Part shown: positions 1 through 12,963 of the stretch, one piece after another
Layout: each line of letters starts with the position of its first letter
How positions within the stretch are numbered: position 1 is the stretch's first letter
Assembly (NCBI GenBank): GCA_965112735.1
Contig: OZ218956.1
Coordinates: 1,054,001-1,118,000, forward strand
Direction of reading: 5' to 3'
Source of the DNA: Phaeosaccion multiseriatum
Taxonomy: Eukaryota; Protista; Ochrophyta, other classes
DNA: 64,000 nt
Made by a program: the position numbers and the translations under genes
Notes under the pieces: generated by a model
Databases searched by the model: none
What the model was told of the DNA's origin: nothing
Seen by the model: only the letters and a program-made list of their open reading frames with translations

Positions 1-2720
1 CTATAACTACGGCTTAGTTAGTCATCACGCGTTCGCAGGAATCGTGACGCTCGACCGTAGGCGGCTGCTCGAGCTATCTCGGAGATCCCTCAGCGTATGT
101 CTGGATATCTTGGACCACATCGTGCTCGCCCCTGCTGGCGTAGCAGCAGTAGGAGGAGGCAAGGGTCCTGACCGGCCCTTCAGGTCCTCTGCGCCGGAGT
201 CTGCAGTCACTCTTTATGAGGATTGCCGGAGCACTTTGGCGGATACTTACCTCCTCCTACGGGGCATGCCGTACACACTCCTCGCCAAGGAAGACGAAGT
301 ACTCGAGGAGTATTACTACCAGCAAGCTCCGATTCCATACGGAGATGAGGGTTCATTAGCCACAGAAAGCGAGAATGCCTGCTTGCTGGAACGGGCCCTC
401 CTTCACGCTCGCTTTCGGCGGCACGACGTTGCCATCCAGATGCTACTCCCCCACTGCGACGCCAATCCAGGTGGCTATGCCCCCCGGGAGTGTAGAGGTA
501 CGCATGTACGCAGCAAAGAGGGAGAGGAGGCTAATGTGGGTGGGGGATGCTGTGAGGAAGATCGGAGTAGCAGGGAAGGGGGGCTCGAGCACGATGGGGA
601 CATTGATGTTCGTCACCAGCTCGACCCCTACTTCGCCACGCCGAGCAAGAGGCAGCCAAAGCGGCAAGAGACGAAAGGTAGCGTCGGAGAGTGCTTCTGC
701 AGGGCTATCGAGGTCATCCAGAAGCATGCTTCAGTAAGTGTGAGCCTTTCACATGTACACCGGCTCTTGGATGCGGTCATGCCCCTAGGCCAGGCGGGCT
801 ACCACTTTTCTCCCACCCCTGTCGCTGCTGTCCATGGCGAATCTCTTGCTCACCAAGAGGGTTCGGGGCCAACAGCGAGGCGGGAGGCCTTGAGGGAAGC
901 AGCGGAGCAAGGCGATGATTCCGTGCCAGCAACGGTGGGGATCTTCCTCCTGCTGGGCCAGGAGAGGATGGAGCTGGCCGCCGCTCACCCGCTGCTTTGC
1001 CGTTCGCTGCTTCATCTCTGGCGCTCACCTGAGCATCGAGCTACTGTGGCGAGGTGCCGCCTGCACGTAATTGGCTCGATCAGGTCAGTGATGTCAATGG
1101 GAGACAAGGACAGGTAGACGCTTTCGTGACTTTCCTCTCACCATCTTTCTCTATGGTTCCCTCGGGCCTGGCCTCAGCCCCGCTTACCCGCAGCAGGAGG
1201 AGAGCTTCCGCCGGGCACTGGGGGAGGCCGCCGACCACCTGTGGGGCGGTTACCACCTCGTAAGAGGGGCGGACTTGCCCCAATACGCTTGGGACGGAAA
1301 CTATCTGCGGTACGTGCGTGTGTTGGTTGGTCGTATCGTGCTTGCGGTGCCTGCAAAGTAAAGTGCTTGTGTCTCTTCCCATTCAGTGCGAGTCTGAGGT
1401 CCGCCCTTTCCCGTCAACTGAAGCCCTCTGATGTAGAATCATACGCTTTTTACTGACCACGTCGTCTTACCCGCTACACCTTCTCTTGTTCTCCTCACTC
1501 GTGCGCTGCAAGCCCTTCTTACCTCCCTCGTCCCTTCTCTCCTGGAACATCGTAGGAAAGTTTACTCCTTCTATTGGCTAAGCGCTTCTCTGGGGTACAC
1601 TCATGTCATGAGTGTCGACGACGACATAATCATCTCGCCGTACGCGCTCGCTTCCCTCGTGAGCAATGCGGACAAGCTAACTTACACCCCTCATCCCCCG
1701 GGCGGAGAGGAGTCGAAAGACAGGGCCCGCGAGGAGGAAGGACAGGCAGAGGCAGGAGAGATGATGGCGACGGCGGAAGCATCCAACTACCGCCACCGCT
1801 CGGCCAAGGGCACAGAAGGAGCAGAAGCGCGAGCATGTAGTATCCTCTCTCCCGCACTCTCTACGGGCATACCCTCCACGGAGATGTGGATCGACGCGCA
1901 CCTGCTGTCGGACAGTAGCGGGAGAGAGGATGCTGTCGATGCAGAGGCCATTCTGAAGTGTTTCGCGCAGTCGACGGTTCCCGAAGGAGACTTGCAGACA
2001 TTTCTTGGCTCGTCCTATCTACCAATGGAGCAGGGCTGGAATTCCTCCGCGCACTACGCGCAGGTGCAGGCTGCAATCGACGCAGGGCATCTGCTGCAAC
2101 CGACCCATACGCACTCCTACGGTGCAGGGCTACACCCAGTGAGGTGGAACAGGACCTGCTCGGAGCAGCTGGCACGAGTGGTTGAGCGGCTGCTCCCCAA
2201 AGAGCTGCTCGTGGACCGTAGTCACGAGGTACGCGTGAGCCAAGTGACCGGTGGGTAGGAAAGGGGTGTGTGGATTGACGTTGAGAAACAAGATCGCCCG
2301 CCCTCCTCCTTACGGTATGCCTCCCTCGTCGGCTGTACGCTCTTTCCCCCCCTCCCCTCCCCACTCCCCCTACACGCGAAGGTGGTCCATGAGCCAACGG
2401 GGAAGTTCCCCTACTTGTGTAACTCCATTTGGGTTGCGCCACTGTCGCTCGTATACCAAACCCTCACTCGCTTCGAGTGGATGAGGTGGTCGCACCCTTT
2501 TGACGAGGCGGTTATGAACAAAATCGTCCACGAAGAGCAGCTGGACTTGTGCTTCGTGCGAAACGCCTTTGCTGTACATCCCACATACCTGCATGACCAG
2601 CGGGACAGAGAGCTTGTTTTCAGCATGCACATCGCCGCCGACAAAATCTTATCGGAAGGGCTGTCTCCGCGGGAGAGCGAGAAAGAGGGGGAGGGAATTG
2701 GAAGATTGGGGATGGACTAG
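1..2720 (+). CDS. Putative GT-A-fold (DxD) glycosyltransferase with TPR-like N-terminus, paralog A; 5' end lies outside the window; at least 4 exons
   Basis: Frame is open from base 2 (YNYG...). Exons approx 2-1083/1112, ~1194-1309 (LWGGYHLV...DGNYLR), 1556-2228 (HVMSVDDDIII, LSPALSTGIP, GLHPVRWN) and 2382-2720 (FPYLCNSIW, HPFDE, FAVHPTY). Collinear with the paralog at 4272-8023. Confidence 0.7.
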
Positions 2721-4271
2721 GGTGAAGGTTGTAAAGACAGGTGTAAAAGAAGATTCCGTTGGCGGGATAAACAACGGGGAAGACGGGAAGCGACACGGGC
2801 GCCAAGCGGGGCGACATTCAATAGAGGAAGAGTGTGGGAGAAGCAACGACAGGACATTCTGCCCTGCCCACTAAGCCCCCCTCGGTTCCTCCCTTGCTCG
2901 CTCGCACGCCCGCAGGCGCTAACGCACGCACGCACGCACCTGCACGGCTCTTCCCGCCCAGCGCAATCCCCGCCGCAGCGCCGCCCTCTCCCTCTCTGCG
3001 TCGCGATACGAAGCCTGACGAAGACTGCTCCAACTGGAATGACTTCGTCGTATTGGAGCCCCACGCGGAGTCTCCGACGGTTGTAAGGAGTGTGGATCAA
3101 GGGCCCTGACCGATTCTTCAGCACAACCAACGCACCCCTGCCACCAGTCACGCCTTCTCTGAATCGGCTTGGTGAGCCTTGGGCCCGGGAAAGGCTGTTC
3201 CTTCATCGGCACGGGGTCTGAAACTGCAGAGATTCGACTGCTGTTGGCCGTACTGCTGCTCCTCCTTTAAAGCGTGAGGGAGGCTCGTCGATCGAGCTGA
3301 AGGAATAGAACGGACAATGAATAAATAAACACCCTTCCCTTTGGAGGGCGAAGCTTCAGTTTGTGTAAAGTGCTTGCTCCGCGAAGCAGAAACAAACTCC
3401 GTATCTCTATGTCGAGCAATAGCTAGTTGCGTGTGCAAGACTGGTGGCATCTGGCTGACCAACTGACCTAAGGACGTAGCTATGAAGCTGTTGGAGTGGT
3501 GGACAAGGACTTTGATTATCGATTAGCAAAGCACGTCTACGGAAGGGCTGATGAGGACTAAGACTCGGTCAATGAGCAGCTGCTCTGAGATCTGGGCTGA
3601 AGAAAGTCAGCTCAGTCAGAGTAAGCTCAGTTGGCCACCAAGAACTTGTCCATCCCCGCACTGGAAAAGACGACGTACGTGTGTAGCTGAGCTTCACGTG
3701 TGCGTTTCATACACGCACTTCCACACCATGTGTGTTTCGCAATCATACATACCGCTAAGACATTTGTCAGCATCGCTCTTGCCTGTGCAGCTAAAGCTCC
3801 ACGTGTGTGTTTCGTAAGCATCACACACCACTCACTGTACACTCACTGAGGCGAAGGCAAGGAGGAGCTGCATCTCGGCCAGCTGTGGTCGGCCTCTCAG
3901 TTCTCTCCAGGGTTGCTGCTGGTCGCCAGCCAAGTGGGAACACCGCCCGTTTCAACATAGGCCTGACAAGTACGCCTGCCAGGGGGAGAGCGGCAGCCAC
4001 GCCTACGCAAGAAAAACAGTCAGGCCTCCCGGTGGCTGTACTTGCTTCGAGAGCCTACTTGGTCCCAGCCATCTGGCTCTGATCTGTGTGAACTCTCTCC
4101 TGCCGAGTGCCACGGATATGGCTGGTGCGTGCTCTTTGCGTCCCTCTGGTGGGTGAAGTGGCGCACCCGTGATCAAGCTTTCCATTCGCATGGCTTCCAT
4201 GAGGTTCGGAAGAGCCGTCTTCCCGTGCCGTTTAGATAGCAAGCGCTTGATGCAGAACAGCAGCCAACAAG

Positions 4272-7200
4272 CTACCCTGCAGAAAACGCCGTAGCGTAAC
4301 AGCGAGAGAGACACTCAACAGAGGCATGTCGATAGTCGCTGCCCTGGGAGTGCCGCTCCAGCTGCTCATCTCCCAAGCTCCACATCTCAAAGTGGGTGTG
4401 AGCACCTATCGAAGCGCTTGCTTTGCCACCCTCACCACCTGCAGCAGCCACAGAAACCGCGGGCCCCCCTATCCAATGCTCAAGTGTCCGCTCCCACGCC
4501 ATGTTCCCAGGGGGAGGGTAGTCGAAGAGGTCAAGCCTCTTTTGCGGGGTTCCGAGCTGCGCCAAATAGTCTGCTCTTGCCCACCAAACGTTTCCTGAGT
4601 AGAACCAGGAGTCTTGCGGCCCGGCCATGAGATCCACCCCACACGTCACAGTCTGTGAGCCTTGTTCTTCGCCATCACCGGGCAGCAGTCTCTCAAGGCA
4701 AAGGCGGTGGTGGTCCAATGTAAAGTAGCTGAGGTAGTCTCTCCATTGTGCCGACCCGAGGTGCTCGGGTCCCCCTCTACCCTTGTTGGCGTTGAGGTAG
4801 AGAATAGAATGATTCCCGTGTCCTCTGGCGAAGTGCCAAACACGCATGAGCACGGGAAGCTCTTGCAACAACAGCATGTGTGGAAAGCACTCGACCTCAA
4901 TGTCAAGACTCTCCGCAGAGCTGCGAAAGGCGTTTTGATGCGAAATCACCTCTTGACACTCGGTAGAGCCCTCCGCTGTTACCACAAGAAAGACTTGCAG
5001 GTTCTTCACCGTCTCGGGAAGGCCTGAGGCAGTTATGCGACTCAGAAGCTCGCTGAGAATGCCCTCCCAACCAGCCAACGCCCTCAGGTGCAAAAACACG
5101 GCGACTTCGGCCGCAGATACAGCGGCAGCAGCAGCAGCAGCAGTCCGAGGAACGTGCTCACAAACCTTCTGTTCCTCTCCTTCTGATGAAGGGCTGCAAC
5201 ACGCCGCCCTCTTGACGACTCGTCTTGGGGGAGAAGCCTTGCCTTTGTCGCCTACCTCAGCCCCAAGAGACTCCGCCTGAGCCTGGGCCAGAGACGTGTC
5301 CCTAGAGAGAGGCACAGTGAAAATCTCTTCCCCCAAATCCTCCTCCTCTGCACCTCCTTCGCTTGCTTCAGTCGCGGCCTTGAGCACTGTATCTGCCTCT
5401 CTGTACAGCTCGAGATGATCTACCCAGCCTTGGTCGTCATGAAAGTATGAGGGGTGCACTGCAAAGGAGTTCTGCACATAGCAAGTGGTCAGTTGCTCTT
5501 CTTTCACGAGCATCGTCATGGGCGCTTCGTCGTACGGATGACTCCTGGAGAGGGAGGGGTCGAGAGAGGAAGCGAGCGAGGAAAAGGGCTGTGAGAACTA
5601 TCCCGGCGAGGCGGTGCCAGGAAACCAAGCTCAACGTCATGTCGTGAAGGGGAGGGGACTTCCGAGCCAGACAAGGTATCCCGTTTTTAAAAAAAAGTCC
5701 GTATCGTAACCATAAAACGTTCTCACCGCACAACTCATCACACAACTCATACCGCCCCTCACTCTCACCATGTGTACCAGTCCGCCCGAGAGAGGACCTC
5801 GAAGACAAACTCCACAGAGGCCATCCACATGCTGTTACAAAAGTAGGGGAACTCGTCCCAGGCTGCAGCATAGAGGCGGTGCTCCTGCTCGGTACGCTCC
5901 TTCCTTGTCACGTTGCGGTGCCTCTCAGTCTCCTTGTGCTGCTGCTGCTCTTCCTTCGTCTCGAAATCTGCCCATTTCCCTCCCGTTCCACCCCTCCTCA
6001 GGAGCTCCGTCTCCATAAGTCGACGGGCCGCATCTCCCATCAAAGTCGAGCACTCCCTGTTGAAGCGCACAGGATGTATGCCCCCAGCGAACGCTCGCAC
6101 GTTGCCTGGCTCAAGGATGTGAGGCAAAGCCCTCTTGACCCGACCGTAAAATGCCTTTGAGTCAAAGTCTCTCCATGGAAAATCGCCGACCCCGATCTCG
6201 ACGTTAGCTTCATTGGGCAGGTCAAACTCAAACTCAGCCTGCGCTTCGTCCGGTTGCTGTCCAAGCCTCAGGGCGGCCAAAACATCCTCCGGTAGCACAG
6301 TTCTGGCGAAGCAGTCTCGCACGCCTACTGCCTCGTCCTCAGAGAGGAAGCTTTCGATGAACATGTCCACTGTGGGAATCCCAGTCGAGAGCGCTGGGGC
6401 GAGGTAGGCACACCTCAATGGGTGCGCTCCTCCTCCACCCTCCCATCCCTCGCTCCTTCCGGCACCATCGCCATTCTTTGGGTGCCTTTTTGGTCGCTCA
6501 TAGCTCACAGACGCTTGTTGCTCGATCATGAACGCAAGCGCTTCGGGAGAGATGATGATATCATCATCGACGCTCATTATGTGAGAGTAACCCCTCTTGA
6601 GACTCACATCGAAGGCTGTAAAGATCTTGCGGAGATAGTTTCCATCCATGGGTTGGGACGGCACCTCCTGCCCTGCCACAAGGTGCAACCCTCCCCACAG
6701 CGCGTGCCCTACTTCCGCCAGCCCCTCCAAAAACTTGTGCTCATCGCCCTCCCAGGTGCTAAGGACGTGTAAGCGGACGCGCTCCACCACAGGGCGATAC
6801 TGCGGTGATCGGTAGAGCAGGAGGAGCGCCCGACAGAGAACGGGGTGAGTCTGAACTAAGTTGAGTCGCTCCACACCCATCAGGAGAAATATGCCAATCT
6901 CTGGCGCCTTGTCGCCGACCTCGCCCACCTCCCTCTCTTCCTTCACCCCAATAGTAGGCCTAGCCTCCCCCTCGACAGAATCACACTTCTCGCGAAGGTA
7001 CTGCTGACTCCTGCTGCTCCTGCTATTGATCGGGGTGCTCTCCCTTTGCTGGACATTGCCGTTCTTCCCTTCCGGAGCGTGCCCTTTGCTGTCCAACGGG
7101 TCGACTAACGCAATCGCTGCATCATACACGTCGTCGCTTACAAGCGTCAGAAGCGCTGACGAATGCCTCTCCACAAGCTCCTGAACGCCATTTAAGGCTT

Positions 7201-8023
7201 CGCTTTCTTCGTCACTGCTCTCTCTGTCTCCCAATACTCCCAGCACGGTCCGCGCATCTTCAGTCTGTCGGTACCGCTCGAAGAGTAAGGCAAGCTGCAA
7301 GGGCACCTCAATAGACTCTTGCGGCAGGAAGTGTGCCGGCAAGGGGTGACACCAATCTTGTCCCGCCTTCTCGACGAAAGGGTGGGGCGCTCGAGAAGTG
7401 GCGCTCGTCAAGAGCACTAGTCCGGTCGCGCAGTTGGCATACAGTTGTCGCATCTTCTCGCCCACGGACTCATCGCCGGGGCTACCCTGCTCTGCCCCTG
7501 CTCTGTCGTCGCCGTCTCCAGACATGGGCTGCAGCAGGGGTGGTAGGAGGTGTATACAAGTCCAAAAGGACCTCCTTGCGGCCGCAATGAGTGCGAATTG
7601 GTCATACGCACCACTATAAATGTCAGGGTAGGATCTGAGGCAGGCAGCGCCGTAGTTATAGAAAGCCGTTCCTAGCAGTAGAACGTCCCCCTCCTTCATC
7701 GACGGCAATGACCCCGCCACCTCCACAGCTTCAGACACCATCACTCCAAAAAAGCGCAGAGCACAATCGTACTTTCCTTCGGAGAGGCATGAGCCAGCGG
7801 CCTCAAAATCTCGATGCTTAACGATCCGCCGATGTTCCTCGTACGAATCCACATCGTTCACCAGCGAGCTTCGTAGGGCACTGGCGCCGGCACTTCCCAG
7901 AAAAGGCGCGTCTTCCAGAGCACCAGAAGGGCGGGAAAGCCTCGCCGCGCGGGCAGACCTACCAAGATACAGGAGCAGACAAGCCATCGCCGCCACCTTC
8001 GTTCTCTCCCGATGCCGCTTCAT
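4272..8023 (-). CDS. Secreted multidomain protein: TPR-like region, DxD GT-A-like domain (paralog B) and a C-terminal YL..KG/SGNxWW domain of unknown function
   Basis: Hydrophobic N-terminus (AAMACLLLYLG). Exon 8023-~5770 has SVDDDIII, LSTGIPT, GIHPVRF and PYFCNSMW. Exon 5544-4272 continues WSHPYDE...FAVHPSY, then ELPVLMRVWHF, YLNANKG, WRDYLSYF, FYSGNVWWARADYL and EHWIG. Confidence 0.75.
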
Positions 8024-8289
8024 AAGAATACCAAACGAGCTCAGCCATTAGAGCGTTGCGAGCTCAAAGGATGGAAGGAAGAGCAAGCCTGGGAAGGCTG
8101 GTGGGATTTGGAGGCACATGGGCCGTCAACTGCCGGTGTAAGATCTTCCTCGGAGGGGTGATGAGTGTTTTCTTGAAGAGCCCTTGACTTGAGGATGCAG
8201 TAGTAGCAGTAGGAGCCATAGCTAATTCTTGCGAAGGCGCACTTATTCATATAAGTGCTTAGGAGTCTGCGGAGCTGAGACCAAGGGGG

Positions 8290-10041
8290 ATGAGGTTGCA
8301 TTTTCAAGCTGGTGTGCTGCTACTGCTCACCGTCCTTTTGCATGGCGAGAGAGCTCGTGGCGGCGAAGTCATTCCAGCAGACGGCTCTGCCTCTGGACAG
8401 GAGTACACCCTCCTGCATGATCTCGCCACCCAGTTCAACACTGACAAGGTGCAGGGGGAGAAGGGGTTCAGTGAGTCCTTGCTTGATGGGCCTTAGCTAC
8501 CCCTTACTTTTTCGGTGTGTGTCAACCTGCCTCAGGCTGCCCATGGCTTTGCTCCCTTGTACGAGGAGCGGTTTGGTCATCTTCGCCACACTCCGGCAGC
8601 CCTCCTTGAGGTGAGTGCGAGTCACTCTGCAGCCACCAGGCCTGCCCATCCTTTCCTGATGAGGCCGAAGCTGACGCAGCGGGCAGCGTGGGGCCTTTTT
8701 CGAAGCCCGATCTCGCTGAATGTCTCTTCTCCCCCCCCCCCCCACCTACCCACTACTGCTTCGCTCCTCCTGGCATGTCTTGCTTATGGCGGTTTGTCTG
8801 ATATCGGTTCATGGGCTCTTGCTTGTTGCTTGTTGCCCGAAGGTGGGGGTGTGGCAAGGCGCGTCGCTGAGCATGTGGCACGCCTTCCTCGATCACGCAG
8901 AGGCTCGGGTTGTTGGTATCGACCACTTCAAGGGGGGGCGTTTCAATCCGGCAGTGTGAGTTGTGCTCAAGCGCGGGGGAAGGAGGGGGAGCGATCCGAT
9001 AGAGCAAGAGAATTGCATCTCGGAGGAGCTGTGTTCATATGTCGTTCCTTATCTGTCGTCATCCCTTCAGGCACATCGAAGATGAAGGTAGGCGCTTTGT
9101 GTCCGTCGAGAGTCAACGCTCGTCACCCGCTGATCCTGCCCGAGTACTGCGGGCATACCAATACGGAGAATTACCACATGGTAAGGACTGAGAGGCTCAC
9201 TCACATTCACACTCACAGAGTTTTCCCCGCTGACCTTCTAACCCCCCTCTTCCCTACCTTGTAATACTCTTACTCTTTTCCACAGGTCAAGAAGTCTATA
9301 TGGTGGACCAGAGCGATAGGAAAGAGCTCGCTCGCTTCGTCTCTCTTCTCCAAAGGTCAGTGAAACACCCACGCCGCCTCAGTCTCCCTTCTTTGCTTAA
9401 CCGCTGTCCCCCCCGGCTCCGACAGGACAAACTCCGCCTTCGATGTCATTATCGACGACGGCAGCCATGTCATGAAGGACCAACAGCAAACGATGGGGAT
9501 GCTGTTTCCCTTCATCAGGCCCGGGGGCATTTTTGTGATGGAAGACACGACAACCTCGCGGCCCCCATGGACAGGTGGAACGGCAGCTCCCCCCTCTAGC
9601 CTCTTCTGCCTGAGCGTACCCCAGGACTAGATGCTTGACGCTGGCAGCGCTTACGCAGTAGAGCTGATGCTCCGAATGAATTCTCCCCCCGCGTCATGTC
9701 CTTCAGGCTATGGCGTGTTGCCAGACTCGTCCAATAACTGGTGGGCCCTGGTGAAGACGTGGCAGAGCACGGGAAAGGTGGAGTCGATGTACATGACACC
9801 AGAGGAGATGGCGTACATGACTCAGTGGACCGACAGCATGGTGAGTGACCACCGGTAGGCGGAACATACTCGCTCGCACTCGCTGACGTACGCTAACACC
9901 AACGCTGTTGATCTGTCACCTTCCCTTGGTCACCAGGAGTGCTTCATTCTCGTGGAGGGCAAGTCCGAGACGTGTCTCGTGCACAAAAAGGCCACCGTTG
10001 GAGGGCCAACCAGCAACAACCTCGAACAACTGGAAAGATAG
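8290..10041 (+). CDS. Secreted MycE/OleY-type SAM-dependent sugar O-methyltransferase, copy 1 (~8 exons)
   Basis: Signal peptide MRLHFQAGVLLLLTVLLHG. Spliced motifs TDK|AAHGFAPLYEERF, LLE|VGVWQGASLSMW, VVGID, DQSD, FDVIIDDGSH, IRPGGIFVMEDT. Last exon ECFILVEGKSETC ends at TAG 10039-10041. Confidence 0.85.
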
Positions 10042-10056
10042 GATAGGATTGTACAT

Positions 10057-11762
10057 TCATTCAATAGAGTCTCTTTTATGAAGGAGGCATGTTTCGGACT
10101 GGCCTTTCACCACCAGAAAGCATTCCTGTGAGGGGTGTGAGGGGCCAAAACAAAAGCGAGAGAGAGCGCTAGTGTTAGTTACAGGTGGGTCTGGCTGAAT
10201 AGGTACGGTCCACACCATGTGCGACTTACAATCTTGTCAACCCAGCGCGTCATGTATCGCTCCTCCTCGGTCGTCATGTAGATGGACTGAATGGTGCCTG
10301 CCGCCCGCCACATGTCCATGACGGCCCACCAGTTGTTGCTCAGGTCCGGAAGGAGGCCGTACCCTGACAGAAGGGTGGCAGGGAGGCAAACCTGAGGCAC
10401 TCTGCCCCTTGTCGATGCATAAAAATTTTCCGTCCCCCTCTTTTGATGACGGGAATCATCCCTTGGAACCTCTCCTACCTGTGTGTTTTGGGTGTGACGT
10501 ATGCGTGTCTTCCATGACGTACACGCCCCCCGGCTTGACGAAGGGAAAAAGCATCCCCATCGTTTGTTGTTGGTCCTTCATAATGTGGCTTCCGTCGTCG
10601 ACAATAACATCAAAGGATGACTCCGTCCTACTTGCATGGTTCGGAGAGGGAACACTTGTTGGGCTCACTCCTCATTGTGGACTGCTCGGTACAAGAGCAC
10701 GCCTTACCTGTGAAGCATAGCCGTAAAGCGCTCAAGGTCGCTCCTTTCTCCCTGGTCCGTCATGTACACCTCTTGGCCTGTTCAGGTGGCCAAGCCATCA
10801 CACCATTGTGAGTCAGAAGGGGGGGCGAGTGGACAACGCTCTGATATGAACCCTCCCCTCGCCGCAACATTCACCTTTGGGAAGCTCCCCAAAGTGATAG
10901 GCTCGGAAGAATACCAGGGGATCGAGTGGCAATGATGCCACACTATCAACTGCCACGAACATTGTCCCTTCCTCCTCAAGGTAACTGTGGATAGCGGCGG
11001 AACCCGTGGTGGAGAGAGAGAGAGACGGCGGTCAGGGTAGAGGGCAGATCTACAAAAAGGTGCAGGAGGCAAGGACTTACACGGGCTTGGTCTTTAGGTA
11101 TCCCTGGAACTTGTCTACACCAACGATTCGAGCATCCGGGTGGTCGACGTAGGCGTGCCACATGTTCAAAGAAGCCCCTAGAAAGACCCCCACCTATTGG
11201 CAACGCGCCGAAAACATGAGATGGGAGAAAGGGGAGAGCGATAAGAGCGACAGCAGAAGACAGGGCGAGCTGCCAACTAAGCCCAAAGAGCATAGCATAC
11301 GCACCTCAAGTAGGTCCGTGGGCTTGTGCCGAATGTGTCCAAGCTGGTCCTCATAAATGACAGCGTAGCCATGACTTGCCTTCGGGAGTGTCAGAGAACA
11401 AAGTAATGAGATGGATAATATGGTCATATCTGATAGGACTAGGACCTGTTGTTTCGGACCTTGTCTGTCTTAAACTGGACTGCGAGGTCCTGAAGAATGG
11501 TGTGCTTGTCTGCCGCCTCGCCAAGCAAACGCGCAGCAGCATCAGCGCCCTTCTTTGTCTTCTCCATCCACTCCTCTTCTGAGTCTTCTTGGCCGTGCGA
11601 GTACTTCGAATACTGTGCCCGTGGTGCGCCATACTTGTTGACATCTCCTTCTGCTTCTACAGCGGCGCTGGCTCCTGCCACTGCTGCTACGCCTACAACA
11701 ACAACTATTCCTGCTAGCCTTCTCCATCTTCCACCGCGGCTGCTCCTGCTCACACCTCTCAT
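10057..11762 (-). CDS. Secreted or membrane-anchored MycE/OleY-type sugar O-methyltransferase, copy 2
   Basis: Hydrophobic anchor LAGIVVVVGVAAVAGASAA. Motifs TDK|ASHGYAVIYE, LLE|VGVFLGASLNMW, FDVIVDDGSHIMKDQQQ, VKPGGVYVMEDT. Last exon ECFLVVKGQSETCLLHK, with stop at 10057-10059. Most intron positions match copy 1. Confidence 0.85.
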
Positions 11763-11919
11763 GTAATTTGTTTCTTTTTTTTCCTCTTTTATTTTTACCA
11801 GATTTTTACCGTCGGCATCGGTGTGCAGGTGTTGGTTCTACAGGAGGAGGAAAAGGAATTTTACTTTTATCCCCGCCCCCGCCCCCTCCCTCGGCGACTC
11901 CCAACAAGGTCTGTAGGCA

Positions 11920-12963
11920 ATGGCGCTGTGGCGGCTTCTCCTGATTCTGCTGGGGGTACTATATGGAATAATCCACACAAGAGGGTTGCAGTTTAGTGGC
12001 CTGGTTAGGGGAACATCAGCCGGAAAGGCTGGAGGTGTGACCGAAAGAAAAGAGAGGCTTAGCAGAAGAAGCTTCATCGCTGCTGCTTCTGCTCTGCCGA
12101 TAGGTCTCCTTCGCAGCAAGAAGGCTTCTGCCACAGGTGTGATATACGAAAATCATGTTGTGAAGGCTTTCCTTTTTCCTCTCTCACCCTCTAAAATGCT
12201 GTGTCCTCTCTATCAAGCAACAGGCGCGGAACCCCCGGCTGGCACAGCAGAGAACGTGCGAAAAGTCCTGGAGAGTGACTACGTCACCAAAAAGTATATG
12301 CTCACTGGAGATCTCACGCGCAGGTTAAGATTTGAGGCGGGAAAGCCAACGTGATTGTGGGTGGCAGAGCTCGGCCGCCCAGTGTTGCGACCATTATTTC
12401 GTCGGTTCTGTGATGGCCGGCTGACGCAATGCGCTCTCCGCCTCTCTTTATTCTCGACAATGCAGCATCTACAAGCCCGACTGCCGCTTCACTGACCCCA
12501 CCACGGATGTGAGCTCTGTGGACAAATACGTAGCGGCCGTGAAGATCTTATTTGACCCTGCCCACTCTCAGCTGGACCTGCTGTCGCTGAAGGCCATTGA
12601 TGAGGCGCACATTGAAGCCAAATGGAGGCTGGGTGAGTGGAACTGGGCTCAAATACTGTTAAAGCGTGTTCTTGTTCCCTTCACATGCTGGATACCGCTA
12701 GTACCCCTCGCTCGCACTTTATTCACTGCCTCGGCGCACACGTCTTCAATGATGCCAATTTTTTGTTCGTGTCCGACACGTTGTTGTCACTGTTCATAGG
12801 CGGCTACATCAAGTTTCCATGGCATCCGTATGTCAAGCCGTACGAAGGTAGCACTGTGTTCACGTTGAACAAGGAAGGACTCATCCAGTCACACGCGGAG
12901 CAGTGGGGAATCTCTGCTTTGGATGCCTTGGTAGCGACATTGAGGCCGACCAGGGGGCCATAG
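11920..12963 (+). CDS. DUF2358 (SnoaL/NTF2-like) protein, probably plastid thylakoid-lumen targeted
   Basis: Signal peptide, then a Tat-like LSRRSFIAAASALP...ASA. Spliced core YMLTGDLT..IYKPDCRFTDPT...KWRLGGYIKFPWHPYV...HAEQW is typical of DUF2358. Confidence 0.75.

Noticed and set aside
2818-4270. Possible small gene or remnant between the two GT-A-like paralogs
   Set aside because: Only short ORFs with no recognisable motif or consistent splice pattern.
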